A DNA stretch of 64,000 bases from Lingula anatina (taxonomy: Eukaryota > Animalia > Brachiopoda). The translations under genes and the position numbers were made by a program. The stretch spans positions 4,212,587 to 4,276,586 of the forward strand of contig CM120648.1 in assembly GCA_051362555.1 (NCBI GenBank), read 5' to 3'. Positions 50,252 to 63,344 of this stretch are shown piece by piece (position 1 is the stretch's first letter; each line of letters begins with the position of its first letter). The notes below the pieces were generated by a model that was not told the DNA's origin, made no database searches, and was given only the letters and a program-made list of their open reading frames with translations.

Positions 50252-52090
50252 TAAACTGTCATTATGAGTGATAGACGTCATTCTCCTGTGTAAACAAGCC
50301 GTGTGGCTCAAAGTGGGTCAAAACACATGAAAAGCCGATGGAACACGTTGCAAACCAAACTGGATTAATCACGTGATACAAAGCAACGCCTGATCAACCA
50401 AATACGAACAGAAAGTGAACAAAACTCCCGAAATGAAGGATGATAAATAATACTGGATGAAAGAATAAAGTATTATATTTTTTCTTCAATCAAGAACCAA
50501 TATCGAGATCGCTTACCTCCAAATTCCAATCTAAATATTAGCTGTTGATTGAAGAAAAAAGCTATTGGAATTCTTCCGTGAAGGAATACTGGATGAAACA
50601 CGTTATAGGACGATGTCATATGAATTGCGTCATCAAAAGAAAAAAACTTGGTTTGAGACAAGTATACCGGTAGCAGAAGAAACATATGATCTACATGCCT
50701 TCGGATAAGCTTTTGGAATTTAAAATCAAGTTGCATTTCTGAATATTGTAATAAATGTAGATTTTATCTTTGGCATCATTACATATATTTGGAGAAAATT
50801 TTTCATGTATTGTGTATTGCCTTACCGAATACGTAAACTCCGATATACGGAAAATCTGATTTCATCATTATGATTGATATTTTGTAACCTCAAACGGGGT
50901 CTTGGCTGTTTGAGCCAAAGCAAATATACTGGAATATGTTGTAATGCATTCCGTTCATGAGTGTACAGAATTGACCTATAACACTTCTGGATTACATTGT
51001 TAATAACACGCAATCTAGTGATTCCAACATTTCCCGCATATCGCATAAAATCAAGTAGCAGGACAAAAATGACTTTTTTATTCTTTCAAATTGATCTGTA
51101 AACCCTTTAATGCAATCTCCATTTTCTTGACAACTCCGTCTAAGGTATGTCGTGGTACTAATGAGGAAATTTCTGGGAAAAAAAATTGCGTCTAAACATC
51201 GCTAAGCTCCCCTTTGGCATAAAAATTTTTCAGCATTTTTGTTGCATGCAATGATTTGCCTTTTGCGATGAGCTCACTTTAAAATATGCACTGTTTTACG
51301 CTTTTTTATCCAAAAGATGGCATAGATCACGAAAATGCCAATACTTCGATATGCCTCAGAATTCGAATTGGAAAAAGGAATCCTAATACATGAAAAAAAG
51401 CACGAAAGATGACCAAGAGGCTTAGGATATTATGCATATTTATATATATCTACCTGTGTTGATTTTATATCGCTGATTCCATCTGCGATACATGTACCTC
51501 TAAGCAAATGAACATATGTTATAAACATTTGGTGTAAAGCGATTTTCCGTGGAAGGGACTTTGTTTTTGTATTGGAGGGTTGGGCTGGTTGAGAGGTAGT
51601 TCTAAATAATGCAGTCATTCTGCAGGAAGTAGAATATTTGCTGTCACCTTTAATGAATGACTAAAGTAAACAAATAAATATGCAACTGGGTCACGGAGGT
51701 GAGTATGTAGTATCTGTCTGCACGCTCAACAATTAACCAGCAATAATTATACAGCGACAGGTTCCCTACATTTCCACGTTAAAACTGACACGTGATTTGT
51801 AAGACTATTTGAACACGATTATTTTGTCAATATTTCCATACCTCAATGCACCTCCAAGGAGAATGACATCACCCCCTCCCCCCCCCCCCCCCCCCTTCGC
51901 GTCCTTAGACAAAGGTTATACGAAGACCCCGCCTGATATAAATAGCAACGCCTGTTTTCGATATCTAGTCTTTTGGGGATTTAAAGTCAGACGATTGTGA
52001 GGGTGAATTAGACTACACTCAATAACATAGGGCGCCATACAGAGAACATATATCCCAGAGGACGACTTTGAAAACGCGTTTCGACCAAAT

Positions 52091-52937
52091 ATGAAACGAG
52101 CAGTAGTTTTCGAAGCCTCAAAGCCCTTGAGGCTCACCGAGTATGCTATTCCTTCTCCTCCTCCCAAGGGAGCAGTTGTTAAGGTAAATAAAATATATAG
52201 GGGTTTCAATCTTAAATTCCCGTTTTAGCAAACTAAAGGCCATCTTGAAGTTCATAAGTTAAGATAAAGGCGTTAGCCAGTAGATTTGCACTCCAGTGTG
52301 GATCATTTTGACATCAGTTTCCCCTTTTTTCTTATATATCTGCAGACCGGGACTATAATCAGTTTCAAGTTTGGGACCTTTGCAAGCATGTATTTGTACA
52401 TACGCGCGGCAGCCATGTGTGTTAGACCGCCCGTTGACCACTGTATAATACAGTGTCCATGATACAATGTCCTCATCTTATTCGTTTTAATTAATGAGTA
52501 TTTTGATGCAACCATTAGGTTAAAAGTATATTAAAGATAGGATTGAAATTGATAACTACACCTGTAACATGTTCGTCTTGAAACGGAGGTCACGACGTTT
52601 TGATGTTATAGATGTGTCAGAAAAGCGCCCCCCCTCCCTTTCAGATTCTTCTTCGAAACATTGTGCCCCCCGTTTCAAAAGGTAAGGACTAGTATGAAGT
52701 TCATCATTAACCCCGTTTCAGATCACATATTCAGGCGTATGTCACTCTGACGTCCACTCGTGGATAGAGTTTGATGATGTACACGGACCGAAAGAGGATA
52801 TGAAAAAAGCAGGCATCTCCCCCCTGGAGTTAGCATTAGGTACAGGGCTTGCTCCATCACCACCTATCTCTGTCTCTCTGTCTCTCCTTCTGACTTTCTC
52901 TCTTTCTCTCTGCTTTCTCTCTCTCTCACACACACAA

Positions 52938-52978
<41 letters not shown>

Positions 52979-54196
52979 CACAATCAACTGAAAGCCGCTG
53001 TAAAAAATATTGATTTGTTTGACAGGACACGAAATAGCAGGAATAGTTGAAGCCCTGGGTGGAGATGCAGGTAAATATAGCAGTCTTTCTTCCATTTGTG
53101 CTAAATGAAAATGTTTTTCATTTTAAGTTATTTGGACATTAAAAAAATTGCCAAACAGTCAGGTGCTCTAAATGCTCTCGTTTGGCGTCGTTCTTCAGGG
53201 CCAGAGTTGAATGTTGGAGACAATGTAGTGGTCTATCCCTGGCTGGGATGCTTAGAATGCGCCCTGTGCGTCGGCTGGCGTTCCAACCTCTGTCTTAATC
53301 GGAAAGAAACACTGGGGCATGTGAAACATGGAGGGTATACGAATACATACAACCTTAATGATATTTTTTGTGCATTATTGAAGTAATTTACTCATAAGTA
53401 GAAGGCTTAGTGCTTTGATGTACGTTGTAATGGGAATGAGCCCAGAAAACCCAAAGACTCAGCGGGATTTAGCGGGAGCTTTAGAAGTGTGGGTGCCTAA
53501 AACAAACTGGCTGGTGTTGTGCGGCAGGCTAACAGAATTCATTAACGAATATTTTTCTGTTTTAATTTTATTTTTATTCTTTTTTTTCTGTAGAACTAGG
53601 CTTTTGCACGGCACTAAATATTCACCATGTTTTGTGTGGTACTTTTGCACTGCTTTCTTTGACAGCATTCCCGAGGCATGGAGTTTCACCCTTGTTGCCA
53701 AAGGTTAAGGTGGTTAGCCCCACCTCACGCAGATTCTCGCGAAGTCTTAGTTTCATATGACATCACGCAGTACAGGGAGCCACGTTTTAGGCTATCTTGG
53801 ATGATTCCAATTGTTCCTGTTGTGAAATTATACCAGTCACTTAAGGTTATCCAGGGTATCAAATAATGGGTTCATTTGTATGAGATTAGCTTCTCTCATT
53901 TTGACATGCATTGACCCAGACAATAAGCACGGTTTATTATGTCATGCGTGCTCACTAATGATAAAAACATATTGAGAGCTTGCAACAACAATGCCACATC
54001 TTCGTCCAAGATAGACTGGTCTCAAATAGCCAATGAAGAGAAGGAGCCTTTAAACATTAGTTAGGTCAAGCTGTATCTAACAGCAGGTTTTGGTACAGCG
54101 CCGGTGCCTTAATTCTGCCGAAAGGCACGCTGCTTTAGCTAGGGGTACTACAGAATCAGAAATGAGACTTGGAATTGAATTCTCACATACCCGATC

Positions 54197-54250
<54 letters not shown>

Positions 54251-57214
54251 TCTACACACACGAACATTACTTCATTGATTACCTTTCCAGATTTGCCACC
54301 CACGTGGTGGTTCCTATCGTTGAAAGGACGGTGCTGAGGATTCCCGGGGGTCTGACCCCTGAGGTCGCCTGTATGCTCCCCTGTAGTGGAATTACTACGT
54401 ACAACGCTGTGTTGAACACACGGGATACTCTGCTCGACATGGTTGGTTTGAGAGGTAAGAATATCCCCCTCCCCTCCCCGTCTCCTTCACAAACAGCCAC
54501 CCCGGGGGTGTCACAAAGTTAACACATGCCATCCCTCATTTCATATAGCTATTTCAGTAAATTTATCATGCTGCCCATAACCTTGTTTTATGTTCTTTGT
54601 TTAATTTATGATATGTAATATGTAATATTGTACTGAAATACGCCAAGGTATTACATGTAGCAGATATGAAACGTTAAGATATGTATGCGTAGATTTATTC
54701 CAATCATATTAATCAGCTGCCAGAGCTTCATAGCCGTTTTCCCACCTAACTGATTCTATGATAAAATCGGATGTTTCTAAAAGAAGTTCATGGTTTGAAA
54801 AGTTGCGTTCAAAGAGTGTCTTATCGTGATTCATTCCTCATTTTTGGCATCTGCCAGTGTTGGGGGTTGAAGCGCCTATGACTTATTTTAAAAAGTTCAG
54901 ATTTTATTTTAAAAAGTTTTTATTTTGAAGTTTGTCAAACTGCAAAAGTAATTAAATAGAAAAAAAAACATCTGAAGAGCATATTTCCATATGTCGGATA
55001 AATACTGTTACAGGCAAGGCAAATCTGCTGGTTATCGGAGCCGGTGGCTTGGGTCTATGGTGTGTACAATTTGCTAAACACATACTGCCACCAGAGGTCA
55101 GTGTGTTCGCGGCCGATATTACGGTGAGGATAATGGTGTGATTTCATAAATTTTTAACACTACTTATTTGTTTTAAATAATTATTTATTTTTCAATTTAT
55201 CATTATGAAGGGGGGTGTTTAACCAGTAGTTCTTCTACTTTGCCTTCAGTCAGCGTTTTAATGAGTATTACATTCCCTGCAAATAATTTTAACCTGTTTA
55301 CATGTATTGTAGGCCTTCAATAGCTTGGCCCCAAGGATTATTCTCATCCTTCGGCCCTGACATCTATCGTCTTTTATGAAAAATTCTTAATATATTTCAT
55401 CATATCTTCACACTTACAGGAAGAGAAACTGAAGTTGGCTAAAGACGCCAATGCTGACGGTACAATCTTGTGGAGTTTAGGCGGTAAAGTGTTTTTTTCC
55501 CTTAATTTTTTTTTTTTTTTTTTTTTTTTGAAAGAAACAGATCCTCGATTACTTTCATTGATCACTGATCAAAGTTTCAATATTTTTTATTTTGCCAAAT
55601 GTAATTGGTTGATCAACTGTGTTTATCTCTTACATTTAGCCAATGAAGAGGCGCTCCTTGCACATACAAGAGAGATCAGCGGCGTGGAAAAGATCGGTTT
55701 CGACGCTGTTATAGATCTTGTTGGTACAGATGACACTTCGAAAAGGGCGTACGAGCTGCTGACTTTTGTACGTAAGGGCGCATTCTGATTAACACGTCGT
55801 AATAGCTGGCTCGGTCCAACTTTGCGAGGGATTTTTGCTAAAATGTAATCAGCTTAATCAGCACACGCTAGTTAATTTCCCCCTAGCTGCTCGAGGAGGC
55901 GTGTTAGACAATTAAGCTGATTCCACTGATTGCAGTTTTAGCAACAATCCCACTCAGAGTTGGACCAACATTGCTAGTACGATGTGTGAAGTACGATGGC
56001 TTGAATTTGTCTGTAACCATATATTTATTTACACAGAATACCTCTTCAATTGTCGGCTTTTTTCGCATTTTTTAAAGTTTCAAGTCTTTTGTAAGATTTT
56101 TCTTGTAGATTAATAGTATAATAAAAAGTTTACATTATGTTAAGAGCTGAGGTACCGGGCTAGCTAGTGCTTGGGGCTCCATGTGATTTTTATTTTTTTT
56201 TTTCTACTCTCGTTCGTTCTACTCTCTTTGCAGGAGCGCCGAGTTTTGATAATTAATAATGTCGCAGCAAACAAGTGGCGCGAGTGTTGATTAATATAGT
56301 GAGAGACGTGAAAAAAATGCCCCCAACCGATTTGGGAAGTTTGGAAATTTGGAAACCCCCTGCAGTAGCTGAACCATAAATTTCTTTTTCAAATTTGTCT
56401 CCTCAGGCTGTTTTTTTAAAAGAGAAAAAATGTTTATGTTTCAATATAGGGTGGTCTTCAAGTGACAGTTGGATTGTTCGTCGGGAAACTTATTCTGCAA
56501 CTGCCAAGGCACTGTTTGGAAACCAAATGTGTGAAGGGTTTGAGAGTTGGGACACCCCAGCATCTGGAAGAAGTGTTAGAGCTGGTGGCAGAGAAAAAGG
56601 TGATTGTAACTGTTATTGTGGTAGTTGTGACACCGTATTGTGGTGTGGTAGTTGCGACACCGTACTGTGGTAGTTGTGACACCGTATTGTGGTAGTTGTG
56701 ACACCGAACGCAATTACTCTTTCGAAAAGCAACAACATGTAGTTACTCCCACAGGTTCGGGAATATCATCATATACATTTCGTATATGTCGTGGGGGTAG
56801 GTTTACTGCATGAGCAACATATCTATAGTAACAGAAAAACAACTCCTTTGTTAGAATTAGTCCTGTCAATTTATTTTTGGCATTAAAATGTGGATTGTGT
56901 CATCAAATTTTCCAGCTTGTAATTTCTTAAGTTTGCACTCGCTGATGACATGCTGGTCAGGACTGCCATTTTCTTGTCAGTTACATTAAAAGGTATGGTT
57001 TTGAATAAAGTTAGATTCATTGTATCAGTAGCATTGTGTATAATACATCTGTACCAACTGACATATTAAGTGAGTTTAATTTTTCATTAAATTTTGTGTC
57101 TTCTTTCAGTTAAAACCTCCACCGATAGAGTTTTATTCTTTGGAGCAAATCACAGACGTACTAAATCGTCTTAGACGCGGTCAAATCAATGGACGGGCTG
57201 TACTCAAAATTTGA
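52091..57214 (+). CDS. Zinc-dependent alcohol dehydrogenase (MDR superfamily), 370 aa, 10 exons
   Basis: Exons: 52091-52183, 52722-52839, 53026-53070, 53199-53334, 54291-54454, 55014-55123, 55420-55483, 55640-55767, 56450-56599, 57110-57214, all phase-consistent. Motifs: GVCHSD and GHE (catalytic Zn), CxxCxxC-x7-C (structural Zn), PCSGITTY, GAGGLG Rossmann with Asp in AADIT, C-terminal GRAVLK. Confidence 0.93.
55776..55990. mobile_element. Palindromic MITE (Harbinger-like start after TAA) inserted 8 nt after the ADH exon 8 donor
   Basis: Inverted arms ggtccaact..gggatt.ttgctaaaa..aatcagcttaat / attaagctgatt..ttttagcaa.aatccc..agttggacc. The right end is degenerate. Confidence 0.6.
56614..56706. 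repeat. 22-bp minisatellite right after the ADH exon 9 donor
   Basis: gtagttgtgacaccgtattgtg, 4 copies. Confidence 0.85.
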
Positions 57215-57443
57215 ATGACAATGTATGCCCAGAGGCGGATCCAGGATTATTAGAAGGGGGCGGTCTTTAGAAATAACAGGCCGTGGATGCGAGGCCGACC
57301 CTCGCCCCCCCTCCCCCCGTAAACATGTTTTTTTCCAAATTCACTGGGGAAAATCGGTCATCTATTGTCCTATACTAACTATTCTGTAGCATCCAAGCTA
57401 AACAAACTGTTGTTATTTCACATATACCATGTACCGCACTAAA

Positions 57444-59794
57444 TTAAGCCAAACGATGCAGGCCTTCACATTTATGGCCACAAAAGGCCAATATCAGTAT
57501 AGCGACTGTAAAGACGGAAAACCACCCCGAACACACCACAGAGATAGCAGTCGCCGAGCTGGCCCTGGGGGAATGTGTAGTAACGCTTGTTGCTGTCTGG
57601 TTTCCTTCTTTTCCATCGGGATAATCGGAGAAACATTCTTGCAATTGTCTTTCTCGGATAACGTAGATAGGTACATCGATTCCATTGTATGCAATGGCGG
57701 GTTTGCTTGCCTCAATTTGGGTTTCAAGTTCGAACAACATTAGGAATCCTTCATTGTAGTATCTGACACGTTTCCCAAGCATTATCGATATGGAGATTTG
57801 AAGCATGGTGCCGTTTGTGAATTCTTTGCTCTGTTCGCCGGAGAGAGATGTGACGTTCGAGAAAGAACATACGGGCTGCTTATTTTTGTAAACTTTCCAG
57901 TAGCCTTCTTGTAATTTAAGAAGGCGTAGTGTGCCTTTATCACGGCTCAAAACAAATAAAGCAAACGATTCACATTCGGTTAATGCCTGGGCGGGATTAA
58001 TACTTGAAGGAAACCTTAACGCAATGGTAAGAGTATACACCGCATTGAAAAGATAAGAAAACGGGGTCGGACAGTCGTCTCCACCTCTCTTCCCAGGGCA
58101 AGCGATCTGAAGGAAAGAAGTGCATAGATTCATTTAGGAAAGGTCTACCCCATGCATTACGATGTACACACTGATCTTACCCCCCCCCCCCAAACAAAAA
58201 TATGTCGCTTGTTTTTATAGTCTTTTTGGCATAACGAAGCGAAACATACTATATCAAGAAAATCTTTCACCTGTGATTAGCAGTTAATCGGAAAGTTACT
58301 TACAAAGTTATCAATTTGCTGGCACGAAACAGTTGAATCTTGTTCATCTGGATCGAGAAGTGCAAAGAAACCGAAAGGTTCAAATCCTCTAGTGCCCGTA
58401 TTATCTAAATGGAAATGTGCAAGGAAGGGTTTTTATAATAGATGTTTAGCAAAACATTGCTTATACAACTACAAGATTTGAGAGATGATTGTCTTAAGTC
58501 TAGTTTGTAAGGTTGTTTATAAATCCAGAATGTTTAATTGAAACCATAGCATCAAACAACTTGAGTTATAAGATAGACGAATAGACATTCAGGAATGCAT
58601 AATAAGGTTAATCCATCAAGCAGCCCATAGTTAGAAAATGGTGATAACAAAATACTCACCGTCAGGAACACAGTCCACAACTCCCGGTGCCTCCGCAAAG
58701 GAGCAGAGCCAACAGAAATAGTTTTTGGCATAGGTGGCGGTGTTCCTGCCTGGTATGACCCGAGTAATGGCGTAGTTCGAGGCTTTGCACAGATCCTTGT
58801 AGGGTGAGTCGGGCGCACAGTTGTCTTCATCGCCAAACCAATTTGCACCCAACACGTGTCTGTTATATCTGCCGCCGACACAAGGTCTTCCCATAATTCC
58901 CTCAGGTTCGTGGTGATAAAGAAAGCAGTCGGATGTCTCGTTTACTATATTAAATACATCGGTCATATTTGAACTGGAGGCAAAGCTAATTATATTAGTT
59001 GCTGCACACGAGACAGATGTTGGCCACTGTATGTAGTGGCTTAAACCGTGGCAACGGGCGCAGAAAGAATTCTGAAAAGTTAGTTCAGATACAGGGTCGG
59101 TTACGGGGAAGTGAGTATCGGCGTTAGATATTGATTTCGACAGCCTGTCGCACCCCTCGCGTATTGTATTGTTCGGCCAATTGCTTGGGCAGGATACAAC
59201 CATCCAGAAGTACTTGCGGGTCATTGTCACCACACGTGCCTTAACTTCCTTCGAACTTTGTGAACGGCATTCAACGTCATTTGGACCTATGGCCAATGGA
59301 GGCGATGTGGACGATCTCTGAGAGCTGCCACGATTTCGTGTTTCGGGGGTGTTCTTGCACTCCAGGTGAACGGAGGAGCAGCAGTCGTGAAAGATGTCAC
59401 AGTATACATCGCAGTAGCACGAGATGAAGATGTTTTCAGAGTTCCGAATTAAGCTGTCATATCTTACGCAAAAACCTTGTCGTGTGGGGTAGGATGCTAT
59501 GCTACTCAAGTGGTTTGATGTCGACGCAGCCTCGTTTTCCTGGAGTGTGACAGACACGTCTGGTGTAGATTTGGGTAAGCCAGTGTGCAAAGCATTCGCT
59601 GTTTGTGTGATGTCTCCGTCAGTGGGTGATTCCGTTCCACCGGGATTTATGATTAGACTTGATATGGACGTAACGTGAAGATTTTCTCTGCTAGCGTAAA
59701 TATGGTTGTGGTGTCGGCCAATCACAAAACAGAGAAAATATATGTGCTGAACAAGATGACCGCACTTCATTGTTGGCGATATCTTCATTCTCAT
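57444..59794 (-). CDS. Cysteine-rich somatomedin-B-like domain cell-surface protein, 632 aa; coding exons 59794-58660, 58404-58304, 58106-57444
   Basis: CYCDxxCxxFHDCC (SMB-like), then WMVVSCP and PVTD...TFQNSFCARCH motifs typical of invertebrate SMB-containing receptor ectodomains. Junctions are GT-AG, phases 1 then 0. Hydrophobic C-terminal segment. An acceptor at 59820-59821 implies an upstream non-coding exon. Confidence 0.85.
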
Positions 59795-61005
59795 GTCGTT
59801 AGCTCCTCGTCTTTTACACCTGATCCAAAACGATACACATTTTTAACTTAGTTTTGCTTCAAATTAACCGCTTACGTAAGTTTCGTGGCAATAAAAGTGT
59901 ACGCCTTGTTTTCTGTATCGCTTTACATTAAACAGTGGGGATCGAACTGAATGAACGCTTACTGGAATATTTCAAAATAATCTTGCTGTGAATTTTATTT
60001 TCACTACATCTGATAAAATATTCGTAAGATTTCATAAGTAAAAGATGTGCTTTGGGTACAGCCATTTTGTTTGTACTGAGCAGCCAGTCTTTTGATTACG
60101 TTTATATCCAGAAATTAAAGTTGAGCCCGTCAGTTCAACACATTAAAATACAATCATAAAATTCTAGGAACAGGACCGTGCACAATTCACTGATTCAATT
60201 GTGTTGACTTCAGCTCACCCCTCCCTTTAAACCGGATTCAGGCGCAAAATCACTATTCTTATACATGACCATTTTTCAAAGAAGGTATAACGTCTATTAA
60301 CTCTGTTTTGTCAATATTGAAATTGTTGGTATGACCCAAAATTAATCAGGTAATTCAAAAGCTAAAAAGATGATAATATAGCCAAAGCAATTCTATATAA
60401 AAAGTTCACATTGTAGAAGTTTATCTGTTTGTGCTTAAATTACCTGACTTCCAGAACAACTGTCTGTCTTCAACGTGCGATGGTCAGGGCTTCTTGGGAA
60501 CCCTCTCTATACTTTGAGGAGAATTTTTTCAGCTATTTATTGGAAGTATATATACCAAGTCTTAATTGTTTACCGAATAACTAACTTCGAGTTGAAAGTG
60601 CTGGTTGCTATTCACGTAATCACGACGAGGCCACGCATACACACGTCTGCGGCTAACTAGAGTCGTTATCCTAGAATCCCCATTAAAGTTTCTTCTGCTG
60701 CATGTCAAAGATTCAAAATAATGAGGAAAATAATGATGAAAAGCAACCGCAAGACCAAGTCCTATCACGACATTGATGGAAGTAATAAGCAGTCAGAACG
60801 GTATACAAAAAACCAGTTGAAAAGCCTTTCCGGTAATAAATGGCTTGTTACTTTTCCATGAAACAAGTTTTTTCTTTGTCTAATCCGCTGCAGTTTTTGT
60901 CTGAAACCAAACGACAGCTCTTACTGCTACAATTCTGGTTTTTGACTTCTCAGCACCCTCTGTCAGATTCAACTGTGGATTCCGGAACGATCTCATCGCC
61001 AACAT

Positions 61006-61173
61006 CAGGGGCGGATCCAGAGATATATTCTGACAGTCTTCCAAATTTTCTTTGTTGATCCATCCTTAATTTTTGACCGTCTTCCGACAGAAAAAATTAA
61101 ATACCCGTCAATATAAACTTGAAAATCTGACCGTCTTCCAGAAGACCCAGAAGACGGCCTGAATCCGCCCCTG
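61006..61173. mobile_element. Non-autonomous DNA transposon with CAGGGGCGGAT TIRs
   Basis: caggggcggatccag ... ctgaatccgcccctg. A related left end (cagaggcggatccagg) lies at about 57230. No perfect TSD seen. Confidence 0.7.
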
Positions 61174-62605
61174 CACATGTTGCACAATAACTACCAGGAT
61201 TTTGAAAATTAATTGCCTCATACATGTACTTCGTCACAAGAGAGCTGCAAATAACATTAAGAGAGGCATTAGACAAAAACTCCACCTGCTTTGTGTGCGG
61301 CTGCTTCTTCTTTTGTGTAGCGACCAGTATGATGGTTAAAAAATAATACCGTTTTAATGGTGATATCAACAGCTCGTGTTGCTGAATTCTTTAACGTATT
61401 TCACGGATGCTGCTGCTTCTTCGTTCGCTGAATTGCATGAAAATGGAAGCGAAGTGTGGTTTACAATAACGTGAGCAGAGCAGAGAGATGACAATGGTGG
61501 CTGGTTTTGCCTTGTTTCAATCGTTGTACTGGGGACGGAGAAAGGATATAAAGGGTACTTCAGAGGGTAGGGTGTCCTCTGTCCCTCCCACTCTAAAAAA
61601 CACACACACACACACACCGGCGAATACGCCGTTTCTCATGGGGTACAAGCATGAGTCTATTAAATATTCTTTTGGGGTTCAAAGTTTCTTCAAGTAGAAG
61701 TCAGTCCTGAAAACGTCCTATATTTTGCACAAAGATAAGATCAACATACACGTAACCCTGTTTGCGTTCTAATTTTAGTTCTGCTGTTTTCAGCGCTTAA
61801 TCTCTGCCGACTATTTTTTAAACAACCAGAGAATACATTTAGGTCTACCAAACATTTCACTGTAAGACGAAGCATATCAAGGTTTTGACAGGTATCAAAT
61901 TTAAAATGAATTGATATCAGTTTATTTTAAGTGACAGGACTTAACATTATAAGCAAAGAGCAGTAGCGCATACATGCATGGATGGCAGCTTGGGTAGGGT
62001 GTTCCGCCTTCATCTTGTACCAAGGGACGAAGATCCACGGGCGCAACACTGGGAGATAACTGAAAATGTACCATATTATCCATATTACTTTGGAGAAAAC
62101 CGAAAATTTGCGTAGCGGTGGCTTGCAACCTAAGGTCCACTTCCCCGTGATAATACCCAACTTTTATAAAAATTTTATTATCATTGTTTTAATTTTATTT
62201 TTAAGTCGCCTTACGGATAGGCAGTATGTCGTGATGTTAGCCTACTGAACATATAGGTCAGTTTATTAATTGACTCACAACCAGCGCTTATTCACTTGTA
62301 CTGACATGGTATGGTTCTGGATATTGAAGTCCAGTATTTGTAAATCTATTTCAATTACTCATTTTGGTCAATATTTCCATTCCATGGCATCCCTCCAGAG
62401 TGACCCCCACCCTCGACATCCTTAAACAAATGTAAAATCAGGTCATGAACTTATAGCATAGAGTTCACTGTAGACGCCCAAATTTTCGAGGGTTACAATC
62501 TCGAGACATCCGAAAGTTTTCAGATAAGGAACCGAATGTGACAGCATTGGCCGATATACTCAGAGGACATAACCCAAAAGACGAGTTTGAAAACGCCGTC
62601 CAAAT

Positions 62606-62977
62606 ATGAAACGAGCAGTAGTTTACCAAAGCTCAAAGCCCTTGAGGCTCAGCGACTATGCTGTTCCTACTCCCCCTCCCAAAGGAGCAGTTGTTAAGGT
62701 AAATGGAATTTAAAAGTCAAGGCAGTTTTGTGAAAAGGTTTAAAACATCATGAAGTTTTAATATTGGGGTTGTACATGTAGGCTATGCGTAGGCTTGTGC
62801 TTCTCTACGACCAGTCCTTATCTTCGGTTCGCCCCCTTTTTTTATTTATTCACGGGCCGGGAGTTTTCCGTTTTAAGCCAATGAGTTTATACATATTTCC
62901 TACATTAACAGTTTTAGCATGTACGTGTAATGTGCGTTTGAGCCATTTGCATTTGCAATAATGTGTTCGCACGTATG

Positions 62978-63029
<52 letters not shown>

Positions 63030-63256
63030 TGAGTGAGTGAGTGAGTGAGTGAGCCTGTACATGTTAACATGTATACTAGGCCTATAGTAGGCCTATAGCT
63101 ATAGTGGGTTAGGACACCCGTAAACGAAGGCGACAGAATTTTAAACTATTGTCGTAATATTTGACTTGCAGATCACGTACTCTGGCGTGTGTCACTCAGA
63201 CATCCACTTTTGGGAGGGTTTTGATAATGTGCCTGGCCTGAAGGAGTTAGCACCAG
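62606..63256 (+). CDS. Second zinc-dependent alcohol dehydrogenase paralog, 3'-partial; exons 62606-62698 and 63172-63256
   Basis: Exon 1 MKRAVVYQSSKPLRLSDYAVPTPPPKGAVVK is close to copy 1, including the 5' leader. Exon 2 reads ITYSGVCHSDIHFW, with the same intron positions and phases. Confidence 0.9.
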
Positions 63257-63299
63257 GTAGGAAAGACTCACTCAAGGTCGCGCAATCACTTCTCCCCCT

Positions 63300-63344
<45 letters not shown>

